From the IMG/VR virus record IMGVR_UViG_3300049044_000033, positions 286,796-350,795 of that record: 64,000 nucleotides of DNA. The stretch is one strand, 5' to 3'. The notes beneath the pieces were generated by a model, which did no database searches, was not told where the DNA came from, and saw nothing but the letters and a program-made list of their open reading frames with translations. Below, piece by piece: positions 37,148-45,985 of the stretch (position 1 is its first letter; every line of letters starts with the position of its first letter). Source of the DNA: a virus (Duplodnaviria; Heunggongvirae; Uroviricota; Caudoviricetes). A program made the position numbers and the translations under genes.

Positions 37148-38467
37148 ATGGTAGATCTTGCACTTAGGGCGCACAACAAGAATTGGCACCTTGATCCCAT
37201 CGTTCGGTCGCTTCTTGATACTGACTTCTACAAGTTGATGATGGGACAGTTCATCTTTGAACGCTATCCCCTACATACCGTGACGTTCGGCTTGAAGAAT
37301 CGTACCAAGAGCATCAAGCTTTACAAAGATGGAGTTATCGAACTACAGGAACTTTTCCGCCAGCTAGATCACGTGAAAAACCTCAAGTTCACAAATCAGG
37401 AACTCATCTGGCTTCAGGGTAATACCTTCTACGGCCAGGAACGAATCTTCAAGCCTGCTTACATTGATTTTCTTCGCCGACTCAAGTTGCCTGATTACGA
37501 AGTCGATAGCGACGTTGAGGGTAATCTGATTCTCACTTTTACTGGATCGTGGGCGCATGTTACCTTTTGGGAGATTTACGCTCTCTCGATCATTAGCGAG
37601 ATGAAGACGCGTTGGGCTCTTAGCTCGCTCAACAAGTTTGAACTTGATGTGACCTATGCTTGCGCAAAATCCAAACTGTGGGGCAACCTAAAGAAGATCA
37701 AGAATGCCGGCGTTCGAGGTCTTTCGGATATGGGCACCCGTCGACGTCATAGTTTCCTCTGGCAGGAATGGGCCGTTAATGCAACGGCTGATGTGTTGGG
37801 CGAAGGCTTCATCGGCACGAGTAACGCCTACTTGGCTATGAAGTATGGCTATGAGGCAATCGGCACAAACGCACATGAACTGCCTATGACTCTAGCAGCT
37901 ATCAAGGCCGGTCAAGGTGCCTCTGATACTGCTATCAAGGAAACCCAATACGACGTTCTGAAGGCTTGGCAGAATCAATACTCGGGCAATGTGCTCGTGG
38001 CTCTGCCCGATACCTTCGGTACTACTCAGTTCCTCAATGGCGCACCGCAGTGGATATCTAACTGGAGGGGTTTCCGTCCCGATAGTAAGGCACCTGACGC
38101 CGCAACTGAAGAGCTGATCGCGTGGTGGAAGCGTATGGGAGTTGATCCTGCGAAGAAGCTGGTTCTCTACAGTGATGGCTTAGATGCTGACGAAATCGTG
38201 CGCATCTGGAATAAGTGGAACGGCATTGTGCAGGTCGGTTTCGGTTGGGGAACTAACTTGACCAACGACTTCAAGGGCTGTCACCCGCGCGATGAGCACA
38301 CCTTGGACCCGCTGTCGCTGGTATGTAAGGTCACGACCGCTGACGGTCACGCGGCTGTTAAGCTCTCCGACAACTATACCAAGGCAACTGGTCCAGAGGA
38401 TGAAGTTGCTCGCTATCGAGATATCTTCGGAAGCGAAGGTATGAAGGACGCACCGGTATTTGTATGA
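37148..38467 (+). CDS. pncB: nicotinate phosphoribosyltransferase
   Basis: LLDTDFYKL, DMGTRRRHS, GTNAHE phospho-His motif, DTFG, RPDS, FGWGTNLT, KLSDN. Confidence 0.93.
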   Translation: MVDLALRAHNKNWHLDPIVRSLLDTDFYKLMMGQFIFERYPLHTVTFGLKNRTKSIKLYKDGVIELQELFRQLDHVKNLKFTNQELIWLQGNTFYGQERIFKPAYIDFLRRLKLPDYEVDSDVEGNLILTFTGSWAHVTFWEIYALSIISEMKTRWALSSLNKFELDVTYACAKSKLWGNLKKIKNAGVRGLSDMGTRRRHSFLWQEWAVNATADVLGEGFIGTSNAYLAMKYGYEAIGTNAHELPMTLAAIKAGQGASDTAIKETQYDVLKAWQNQYSGNVLVALPDTFGTTQFLNGAPQWISNWRGFRPDSKAPDAATEELIAWWKRMGVDPAKKLVLYSDGLDADEIVRIWNKWNGIVQVGFGWGTNLTNDFKGCHPRDEHTLDPLSLVCKVTTADGHAAVKLSDNYTKATGPEDEVARYRDIFGSEGMKDAPVFV

Positions 38468-38685
38468 AGGGTAAGCATCTTGTCTACAAGCCAGGGCCTG
38501 ACGGTCAGCCAGAGTCCTGGTATTGTGGTCTCTCTTGCTACATTCGTGGTAATATAGGTCCATTCACTAATGTGAAGGAAGATGCTACTTGGTTAACGCA
38601 GAAGCAAGCCAAGGTTCTCATCGATAGTATGCGGCATCGAAAATATGATGTCTATGCGGAACCCTCATTTACGGTTGTCTACTAA
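38464..38685 (+). CDS. hypothetical protein
   Basis: ATGA overlap with pncB stop. Confidence 0.55.
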   Translation: MKGKHLVYKPGPDGQPESWYCGLSCYIRGNIGPFTNVKEDATWLTQKQAKVLIDSMRHRKYDVYAEPSFTVVY

Positions 38686-39017
38686 TGCCTAAGCCATTAT
38701 TCAAATGCACCACCCCCAACTGTAATGCGAGGAACTCTCGCAACCTACTAAAGGGCAGCAATGGGATTTGTCCACATTGTAAAACACCTATGGCCAATAA
38801 TTCTTGGCTAGGAGGAACTCCTACATTTGGACAGATCCTTTCTATACCCAAAAGTGAAGAGGTCGAAATCAAGAGGCTGGCCGAAGCTCTAGGTATGTAT
38901 CCTGAAAACATGATCAGCCTCATAATATCATCCAAGCTTCAAGAATGGCAGAAAGCCGAAAATATTGATAACAAAGCTAGCACGGATTTAATGCTTGCTA
39001 AACTTTCAAGGAGTTAA
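38685..39017 (+). CDS. hypothetical zinc-ribbon protein
   Basis: CTTPNC...CPHC; TAATG overlap. Confidence 0.6.
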   Translation: MPKPLFKCTTPNCNARNSRNLLKGSNGICPHCKTPMANNSWLGGTPTFGQILSIPKSEEVEIKRLAEALGMYPENMISLIISSKLQEWQKAENIDNKASTDLMLAKLSRS

Positions 39018-39019
39018 GC

Positions 39020-39196
39020 ATGTATAAGGTCGAGGGCGGAATTTTCACCAATACGAGCTTCTCGGTGCTTGAAAAGGGCACCCAGGAGTGTTATGGACCG
39101 TTTACCACATACGAGGAAGCATTCTCGAAGTGGCACGGCGCAACATGGGCTAAGGTAGATATTTGCTGCCATAGACTCGAAATTAAGGAGGTCTAA
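39020..39196 (+). CDS. DUF4170-like small protein (58 aa, below ORF-track cutoff)
   Basis: Manual translation MYKVEGGIFTNTSFSVLEKGTQECYGPFTTYEEAFSKWHGATWAKVDICCHRLEIKEV; SD AGGAG. Confidence 0.6.
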   Translation: MYKVEGGIFTNTSFSVLEKGTQECYGPFTTYEEAFSKWHGATWAKVDICCHRLEIKEV

Positions 39197-39880
39197 ATGG
39201 CTTACATCTATCCTTTCCGTATGGCAAGCGGCACTGCTACCATGCTTCCCATCGACGCTAAGAAGAACCGGGTTCTTCTCGGTGTTCGTTCAAAGACTGC
39301 TTGGGTCTATCCCAGCAAGCTCAGCCTGGCCGGTGGCTTCATGGAAGCACGTTTCGTAGAAGACAAGGAAAACAACCTGCTTCGCGAAGTGGTCAATTAC
39401 GTCCGCGGTATGCTAAAGATGAAGCTGATCGCTGACGAATTCCACGAAGGCGAGAACCTAGAGGAATGCGCAGCTCGCGAGCTCAACGAAGAGATGAGCC
39501 TCGATGTTGCTCTCGAGCAACTCAAAATGTTTTCAGTTCGTTCCAACAGCCGGACTGATACTCGGGCTCACGTGATCAACGCTTGCTACTATTTCGAGAT
39601 GACCGACGAGCAGATTGAAGCCGCTACTGCGGGTGACGATCTCGAGTGTCTCGAATGGCATGATATTGCGGATTTTGATCAGGGTCTTTCTTTTGAGGAA
39701 ATGAATGCCAAGTATGATATGGCGTTCAATCACTTCGAAATCATGATCCAGGGCTTGGAAGCTTGGAAGAAGGAACGTCGCTTCCAAGAACTCGAAGAAG
39801 AGGTCAAGAATCTTCGACGTAGAGTTCGTGATCTCTCTATCGATAACGAAGACCTGCAAGGTTTTGGAAGGGTTTGCTGA
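39197..39880 (+). CDS. Nudix hydrolase (ADP-ribose pyrophosphatase-like)
   Basis: SLAGGFME...GENLEECAARELNEE, RTDTRAHVI, AGDD, MAFNH. Confidence 0.85.
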   Translation: MAYIYPFRMASGTATMLPIDAKKNRVLLGVRSKTAWVYPSKLSLAGGFMEARFVEDKENNLLREVVNYVRGMLKMKLIADEFHEGENLEECAARELNEEMSLDVALEQLKMFSVRSNSRTDTRAHVINACYYFEMTDEQIEAATAGDDLECLEWHDIADFDQGLSFEEMNAKYDMAFNHFEIMIQGLEAWKKERRFQELEEEVKNLRRRVRDLSIDNEDLQGFGRVC

Positions 39881-40485
39881 TGGGTAAACGAACCGCTCTA
39901 GCAATTATGCGTACCCAGCCCATTCATCTTGGGCATACAGGTATCGCAAATATCATGATCAACAACTACGATGAAGTTATCATCGGTAGTGGATCTGCCG
40001 ACAAGCCGATTAGCATCGCAAATCCTTTCCCTATTGAGGTTCGACTTCAGATGTGGAAAAGGATTCATGGCGACCGCATCAAGCTTGTTCCACTCTCTGA
40101 CTTGGGTGCTACTCAGGATACCAATGAGTGGTGTGATTATGTGTTGAAGAAGATCAAAGGTCTAGGTCTTCCCGACCCAACTGATTACTTCACTGGATCG
40201 CCTGCTGATGCAGTATGGTATCGCGGTCGCTTCTTCAACAAGGAATGTAACTCGCCTGCCGATGATGATACGGAAGAGTTCATCGAACGCTATATGCCTA
40301 ATGGTGTATTCCGTCAGCTTCATCTTGTTGATCGTGATAAGAACTATATTCCCAGTGCCACGGAATTGCGCCAGTTTATGGTTACGCGAGATGATGGTTG
40401 GAAACGATGGGTTCCTGCTATTATACATGATCTAGTCGAGGAACATTTCCCCGAAGAGTTTAAGGTCAAGCACGGAGATCACTAA
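39880..40485 (+). CDS. NMN/NaMN adenylyltransferase (NadM/NadR-type)
   Basis: MRTQPIHLGH (HxGH), IGSGSA, NPFPIEVR, PSATELR. Confidence 0.85.
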   Translation: MGKRTALAIMRTQPIHLGHTGIANIMINNYDEVIIGSGSADKPISIANPFPIEVRLQMWKRIHGDRIKLVPLSDLGATQDTNEWCDYVLKKIKGLGLPDPTDYFTGSPADAVWYRGRFFNKECNSPADDDTEEFIERYMPNGVFRQLHLVDRDKNYIPSATELRQFMVTRDDGWKRWVPAIIHDLVEEHFPEEFKVKHGDH

Positions 40486-40748
40486 TGGGCGATATGGGCG
40501 AGCTGTTTAACGATCTCAAGCAGATTCGTAAGGAACAGCGATCCGCTCGATCTACCCAAGCGGGTTCTATGGTTCATGATGTGGAGAAGATGGTCGACAA
40601 ACTGACCGTTGACCCATCGGGGACCTGGAACCTTGTGAAGGGCCAAAACAAAATACAGTTCTATCCCACTAAGGGAACATGGCAGCATCGAGGAAGGATG
40701 TTGCGTGGAGGGATTCATTCCTTTATGAACTGGCTAGAGAAACTGTAA
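40485..40748 (+). CDS. hypothetical protein
   Basis: MGDMGELFNDLK...IQFYPTKGTW. Confidence 0.65.
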   Translation: MGDMGELFNDLKQIRKEQRSARSTQAGSMVHDVEKMVDKLTVDPSGTWNLVKGQNKIQFYPTKGTWQHRGRMLRGGIHSFMNWLEKL

Positions 40749-40757
40749 GGGAAGACA

Positions 40758-41201
40758 ATGACCGCTATTATCCAGACTGTTGAATCAGTTGAAGCTTACG
40801 GCGAGAACCTCTCCATTGTGACCACGAGCGAAGGTCATAAGGTCATCGCAAACAAAAAGGAAGACGGTAGCTTCCGTTGGGAAGCGGGTGAACTCGTTGC
40901 CTACGTGAGCGAGGGTTCGATCATTCCTGATGACGTTCTCAAGGAACGTGGTTACTGGGACGAGGAAAAGGATCGTGGTCTGCTTGATGGCGGGAAGCGC
41001 AATCGCGTCAAAATGAAGAAGCTTGCAGGTTTCGAGTCTCGCGGTCTGCTGTTTAAGGTCGAAGATAAGACCTTTATGGGTCGGACATTCAAGGCGGTCC
41101 TACGGTCTAATCCTCCTGGTGAGGATCTAAGCGTCTGGAGAGGTGTAGAAATCGGCCATGATGTTTCCGAGTTCTTTGGAATTACAGAGTTCCAGGGGTG
41201 A
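40758..41201 (+). CDS. stand-alone OB-fold like the N-terminus of DRB0094-type RNA ligases
   Basis: GELVAYVSEGSIIP...RVKMKKLAGFESRGLL...DVSEFFGI. Confidence 0.6.
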   Translation: MTAIIQTVESVEAYGENLSIVTTSEGHKVIANKKEDGSFRWEAGELVAYVSEGSIIPDDVLKERGYWDEEKDRGLLDGGKRNRVKMKKLAGFESRGLLFKVEDKTFMGRTFKAVLRSNPPGEDLSVWRGVEIGHDVSEFFGITEFQG

Positions 41202-41410
41202 CAGAATACCGCCCTTCTGACGAAGCTATTCTCGCAGCTTCTAAGGTCATCGAAAACTCATTGCGATTCCACGGACACTTCAAAGGTCTCCCAACCTACG
41301 AAGAGATGCTAGTAAGCGATCCTATCGGGGCTAGCGAATGGGGCGGTGTCATTGAGCGGGCACTGATGGCTGCTCACGAGGCCGAACTTGACAAGACGTC
41401 CAGTTCGTAG
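41198..41410 (+). CDS. hypothetical protein
   Basis: GTGA overlap. Confidence 0.55.
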   Translation: MTEYRPSDEAILAASKVIENSLRFHGHFKGLPTYEEMLVSDPIGASEWGGVIERALMAAHEAELDKTSSS

Positions 41411-41495
41411 TATAATGGTTAGGTAAATAGAGATGGCCTGCTAATCAATTGGTTGAGCAACCATCCCAGAACCTCAATGAAAGTTGGAGGATAAA
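41388..41495 (+). promoter_or_regulatory. consensus sigma70 promoter, late motif and structured leader of pncA
   Basis: TTGACA-N17-TATAAT (41388-41416); TAAATA at about 41424; GAAA-loop hairpin pairing with SD GGAGG. Confidence 0.75.
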
Positions 41496-42098
41496 ATGAA
41501 GAAGTTCCTTGTCGTAATCGACACACAATATGATTTCGTGATGCCCGATGGCGCCCTCTACGTAGGGACTGCTGAAGAGATCATTGTTCCCGGCATCAAG
41601 TTCCTCGCAAATCTGAACCCTGATGAATACACGGGTGCTCTATTCACCTACGATACTCATACCCCGAAGGTTTATGAAGGTTCGTCGGAAAGCGAGATGT
41701 TTCCCATCCATTGCGTGAAGAAGACTCCCGGATGGGCTAACGTATTCAACGACTGTTTGGTCCACAAGAATATCCCAGTATTCCGCCTTGAAAAAGGTGT
41801 ATTCAATATGTGGGAAGAAGACGGCCTCAAGCTAGAACGCTTCGATCGTTCGACTTCGATTGTGCGCCCAGTTATTGATCTTTTCATCCGCGATGAATTC
41901 TTCGACCACATGAATCCCAATGAAGTTACCATCGAGGTATTCGGTGTTGCTTCCGACTTCTGCGTCAAGTGGGCTGTTGATGGTTTTGTAAAGCGTGGTT
42001 TCAAGGTCAACGTTGTGGCCGAATTGTGCCGTGGCATTACATTGTCGGCACCTCATGTTTTTAACGAGACTGGTTACGAGAACGTCACATTGATCTAA
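41496..42098 (+). CDS. pncA: nicotinamidase (isochorismatase family)
   Basis: VIDTQYDF (Asp), DTH and HC metal ligands, LEKG (Lys), GVASDFCV (Cys). Confidence 0.9.
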   Translation: MKKFLVVIDTQYDFVMPDGALYVGTAEEIIVPGIKFLANLNPDEYTGALFTYDTHTPKVYEGSSESEMFPIHCVKKTPGWANVFNDCLVHKNIPVFRLEKGVFNMWEEDGLKLERFDRSTSIVRPVIDLFIRDEFFDHMNPNEVTIEVFGVASDFCVKWAVDGFVKRGFKVNVVAELCRGITLSAPHVFNETGYENVTLI

Positions 42099-42136
42099 TC
42101 AGGTTGACACTTACTCTATTCATGTTACAACAAAGC

Positions 42137-42793
42137 ATGAATACGCCACCCAAATATCCATCGAGTCCTCATTGGGTTGATTCTCCCGAAGTTCATCGGG
42201 ACGATTCAACCCATCAAAATCCCGAGTTCTTCTTGGGTCGTGAGGTAGTGATAACTGAGAAGCTTGACGGCGGTAACACCTGCCTTAACGCAGGTGAAGT
42301 ATATGCCAGATCAACAGGTCAACCTGCTACTCAGAGTTGGTTCGCGATGGTTAAAAAGCATCATGCTTGGCGGACCATTGACATTGATCCTCGCATCTCA
42401 GTTTATGGAGAAGACCTTTACGGCATTCATTCCATTACCTATGATGCCTTGAAAGAAGATGAGACTTATCGGGTCTTCAATATCCGAGAAGATGACGAGT
42501 GGCTTTCCTTGGATGAAAAGATTGCGTTCTGTGAAGAGCATCAGTTCATCATGGTTCCCATTCTCTTCCGAGGGGTCTTCAACAGCATCAAGGAAATCAC
42601 AAAGTGGTTTGATAGCCACGTTAAAGAGCCGAGCGCCCTTGGTCCAGAGCGTGAGGGTTTTGTGATGCAGATTACCGATCGTTTTCATAATGACAACTTT
42701 GCGACCTCGGTAGCAAAGTATGTCCGAAAGGGCCATGTTCAAACTGATGAGCATTGGACTCGCAACTGGAAGCCTGCCGCTCTATTGAAGTAG
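42137..42793 (+). CDS. RNA ligase, Rnl2-type nucleotidyltransferase domain only
   Basis: Motif I TEKLDG, III YGE, IIIa VFNI, IV EGFV, V AKYV. Confidence 0.8.
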   Translation: MNTPPKYPSSPHWVDSPEVHRDDSTHQNPEFFLGREVVITEKLDGGNTCLNAGEVYARSTGQPATQSWFAMVKKHHAWRTIDIDPRISVYGEDLYGIHSITYDALKEDETYRVFNIREDDEWLSLDEKIAFCEEHQFIMVPILFRGVFNSIKEITKWFDSHVKEPSALGPEREGFVMQITDRFHNDNFATSVAKYVRKGHVQTDEHWTRNWKPAALLK

Positions 42794-42813
42794 GCTTCCC
42801 AAAAGGGAAGCTT

Positions 42814-43317
42814 ATGTTCAAGCAGGGTAAATTCTACGCAATTTCGGGAACTGATAGAAGCGGCAAAACAGTCTTCCTAGAAGCGACTGCTCATTATGAC
42901 GATCATAAGCATCGTCTAAAATCGATTGCTCGAAAAGCTGCTCGCTACTCAAGCAATCTCGATGATTTTGATTATCATGATGATTATAGCTCTCCAGTGC
43001 AAAAGTCCGATAATCCCTTCGAAGTGAAGACATGGCCAGCGGATGCTAACATCAAGATTATTATCAGTCACATGAGGATGATTCGTCAGAACGCAAGTAG
43101 CGCCGACGTTGATCCAAACAGCCTCAAAATTACCATCGTAGAAACCAGCGTAACTTCCTATACACCAGAGAGTCCAAGTGAGGAGGAAACTGAACTACGT
43201 CGATACGTGCTGGAAAAGCTCAGTCAGGAAGAGAAAGAACTCCTCAAGGTAACCCACTGGGAGGTCTATAACAAGCTTGCCGATCGCTCCATGCTGGATG
43301 ACGAAACTGAGGAATAG
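42814..43317 (+). CDS. hypothetical protein
   Basis: C-terminal ELRRYVLEKLSQEEKELL similar to 34231-34620. Confidence 0.6.
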   Translation: MFKQGKFYAISGTDRSGKTVFLEATAHYDDHKHRLKSIARKAARYSSNLDDFDYHDDYSSPVQKSDNPFEVKTWPADANIKIIISHMRMIRQNASSADVDPNSLKITIVETSVTSYTPESPSEEETELRRYVLEKLSQEEKELLKVTHWEVYNKLADRSMLDDETEE

Positions 43318-43326
43318 GTTGACACT

Positions 43327-44346
43327 ATGGATGATTGGCATATTAAGAAGCAGATATCCTTAGGATCTCCGAAAGGGAAAATGTTGAAGAATCGCAAGAA
43401 GAGTTTAGTTACCAGCACACCATCACCGGCGTCTGGTCAGACTAACGCGACTTCTCCTAAGAGGATGGAAGCAATCCAGACTGCTTTCGGCGACATGATG
43501 GAAGCAAAGAACCGAGAGGTTCCGCGTCAGCCTACTGTTCCCGTGAAGCGAATCGTCCCTATCCCGTCATTCTACAAGACCATGGGCGAGAAGCTCAACA
43601 TGTGCCCCTATGAGCTCCGTGATATCTTAAGTCACGAGTTCGATGATGACGATGTTTTGGTTATGACGCTTTTTAAGAAGTTCGTGACCGCAGCCAAGAT
43701 CAGCGGACTCGTGGATTTCACCGAAACCAAGAAAACTCTACGCGAAGTTGAGATTCGTCACCAAGACGAAATGAAGTGGTACCAGGAAAGCTTGGATGCC
43801 CGGCAAGCTGAAATCGCTAGAAAGGCCGCAGACTTTTCTAGCAATCAAACCTTGCTGACTAAGAACTGGAATGATCTGCTGATCGACTTGGTTCAAAAGA
43901 TCCAGCGCAATCCTGATATCAAGAGTCTCGGCACCCTTGATTATTGGATGGTCAAAGCAATCAAGGTCCAACATCCTAAATGTGTCAAGATAGACAAGCA
44001 AGATGTAGCGACTATCGACTTTGTGGCTTGTCAGAAAATAAAGCCCGAAGACGTTCAACGGCTCTTCTCAACCATGAAGCAGCTACAGGAGCAAGATGCT
44101 GAGAATAAGTTCTTAGCGAAGCTTCGTGGGGATTCTTTGGATGCTCTACAGCAGAAGCTGGAGGAGTATAGTCTTAACGATGATCCACGACTACCATATG
44201 TTGAGGATGAAATTTCCCGTAGACTAGGCAGGAATATCTCAAAGGGTTATTACGATGACCCTTGGGACGAATATACCTCCTACTACCGACATGAAGAGAA
44301 ACTATCAGTGGTTGCTCAGATCCTCGCATCTATGCGGAATGGTTAA
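43327..44346 (+). CDS. hypothetical helical protein
   Basis: 339-aa ORF. Confidence 0.65.
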   Translation: MDDWHIKKQISLGSPKGKMLKNRKKSLVTSTPSPASGQTNATSPKRMEAIQTAFGDMMEAKNREVPRQPTVPVKRIVPIPSFYKTMGEKLNMCPYELRDILSHEFDDDDVLVMTLFKKFVTAAKISGLVDFTETKKTLREVEIRHQDEMKWYQESLDARQAEIARKAADFSSNQTLLTKNWNDLLIDLVQKIQRNPDIKSLGTLDYWMVKAIKVQHPKCVKIDKQDVATIDFVACQKIKPEDVQRLFSTMKQLQEQDAENKFLAKLRGDSLDALQQKLEEYSLNDDPRLPYVEDEISRRLGRNISKGYYDDPWDEYTSYYRHEEKLSVVAQILASMRNG

Positions 44347-44416
44347 GAATATAGACTAATCGGTGCTCACCACTTTACAGCTCACAAGAAGGTTTTAAAC
44401 CTCTTGGAGTTGTAGA

Positions 44417-44824
44417 GTGTCCGAAGAAGATCAGAATAAGGATGACAAGCAAGCTGCCAAGGACGAGCTAGAATTAGCATCGATCAATGGCATAGCTTAT
44501 ATCCTCACCCACTTGGCCGATCATTATGGTCAATTAATCAACGACGAAGCTGAACTCAATAACGTGTTCCTTCGGGTTTTGTCGACCCTTACTGGCGAAA
44601 TGTTGGCCCATTACCCTGAGGCCGAGCGTGACGATGTGCTGAGTGCTATGGTCACTGATATCCAGCAAATCATGGATACCGTGGCTGTTGAGCTGGAAGA
44701 ACTCAGCTTATTGGACGAGAAAGAAGATGAAGCTACTGGCGACGATATCCAGAGTCTTACTGATCAAATCCTAAAAGGCCTACCAGGTGATTTGACGAGC
44801 ATGAAGCCAAAGGGTAACTGCTAA
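44417..44824 (+). CDS. acidic hypothetical protein
   Basis: GTG start; hairpin 44376-44414 overlaps its SD. Confidence 0.6.
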   Translation: MSEEDQNKDDKQAAKDELELASINGIAYILTHLADHYGQLINDEAELNNVFLRVLSTLTGEMLAHYPEAERDDVLSAMVTDIQQIMDTVAVELEELSLLDEKEDEATGDDIQSLTDQILKGLPGDLTSMKPKGNC

Positions 44825-45411
44825 TGGCTCAGTTCTGCTACAAAGTTAGGGATACAGCCACAGGCAAGTATTGGAATGGAAGCACCTATCGAAGCGTCTT
44901 CAATGATCAGGGTTTTACCTGGAAGACTCGAAAGCAATGTGAATCCAAGATTGCCTATTTTGTTTCATACCGAATCAAATGGTCCACTGCTACCAATCCT
45001 GTTTCAATTCCATCAACTTGGGAAATTGTTGAGATTGAGTTAAAGCCGGTTGAGAAGACAACTTACGACACAAGCAACTTCCTCAAGGGTCTTCAGCTTA
45101 AGGGTGAAGTCACAAAGTTTCACCCTAGCTTGGGCTATTTCGTGGAAAAGATGAATAGCCGCAACATGTTGGATAAAATTGAGTTCTTGTTCAAGCTCAA
45201 GCCTGCTGAAGGGAAAACCTACGTAGATATGGACCGTATCAAGGAAGCCAGAGCACAATTGAGGCAGCTAGGAGTGAAGACTCGCACCTTCAAGGAGTCT
45301 AATGGTGTATTCGGTATGATGGACCGATCTCAGGCTCTGAAGGCTCGTCTCGTTTTAGATATCGAGCACTCAGTTGATCTATCAGCTCTCCGCAAACAAG
45401 TAGGTCTCTAA
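44824..45411 (+). CDS. hypothetical protein, paralogue of 34622-35248
   Basis: YKVRDTATGKY...GFTW and MDRSQALKARL. Confidence 0.65.
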   Translation: MAQFCYKVRDTATGKYWNGSTYRSVFNDQGFTWKTRKQCESKIAYFVSYRIKWSTATNPVSIPSTWEIVEIELKPVEKTTYDTSNFLKGLQLKGEVTKFHPSLGYFVEKMNSRNMLDKIEFLFKLKPAEGKTYVDMDRIKEARAQLRQLGVKTRTFKESNGVFGMMDRSQALKARLVLDIEHSVDLSALRKQVGL

Positions 45412-45489
45412 AATACCTTTGCCTTTCTGGTTGACAAGAAACCTGTTTCCTATATGTTCAGGTTATCAGTTAGGCAAAGGAGATCGAAT

Positions 45490-45852
45490 ATGGGAACTAC
45501 CACGCTCAAAGACTACGGTCGTCACTCCACTAAGCACGGTGACATTCCTTTCTATTACGGCTTTCCCTTCCGCTTTTGGTTCGCCGAACATCAGCTGGCT
45601 CCCGAAGATGTCGAAACGTGGTGCCGGGAAAATTGCAAGGGTTACTACAAGACTGTTTCCTACACGCACAAGGATTCGGTACGCCTTCGAAACGGTCAGT
45701 TCGACAGCAAGGTCATCTACATCGACAAGATCTACCTCCAGGATGAGACCGACGCCCAGCGCGTTGCTCTGCAGTTCAATGTCAAGGACACGGTAGTAAA
45801 GCGCGTTGAACGAATGAAGCCGCGTCGGAAGAAGCGGGCCAAGAAGGCCTAA
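45490..45852 (+). CDS. hypothetical basic-tailed protein
   Basis: SD AGGAG; TTGACA promoter at 45431; terminator 45874-45903. Confidence 0.65.
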   Translation: MGTTTLKDYGRHSTKHGDIPFYYGFPFRFWFAEHQLAPEDVETWCRENCKGYYKTVSYTHKDSVRLRNGQFDSKVIYIDKIYLQDETDAQRVALQFNVKDTVVKRVERMKPRRKKRAKKA

Positions 45853-45985
45853 GTATCCAATAATACAAGACAAAAAGGTCGGGATGAAAATTCCGACCTT
45901 TTCTTGTGAAAAGATATTGAATAAACAATCTATCCTCCATATATAACGTTCTATCCAATATGGACATTTATTGAAAGGAAAGTTC

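Noticed and set aside
35324-42098. Calling the NAD cluster NARP1 or NARP2
   Set aside because: No PRPP-synthetase-like Adps is present, and the PRTase has PncB-type motifs with PncA and NadE alongside, which implies the deamidated route
45481-45490. AGATCGAATA as another Ro-binding motif
   Set aside because: Here it is just the SD-to-ATG spacer, and the 8-mer also occurs in coding DNA (about 17545). This weakens the motif argument, so it was scored cautiously
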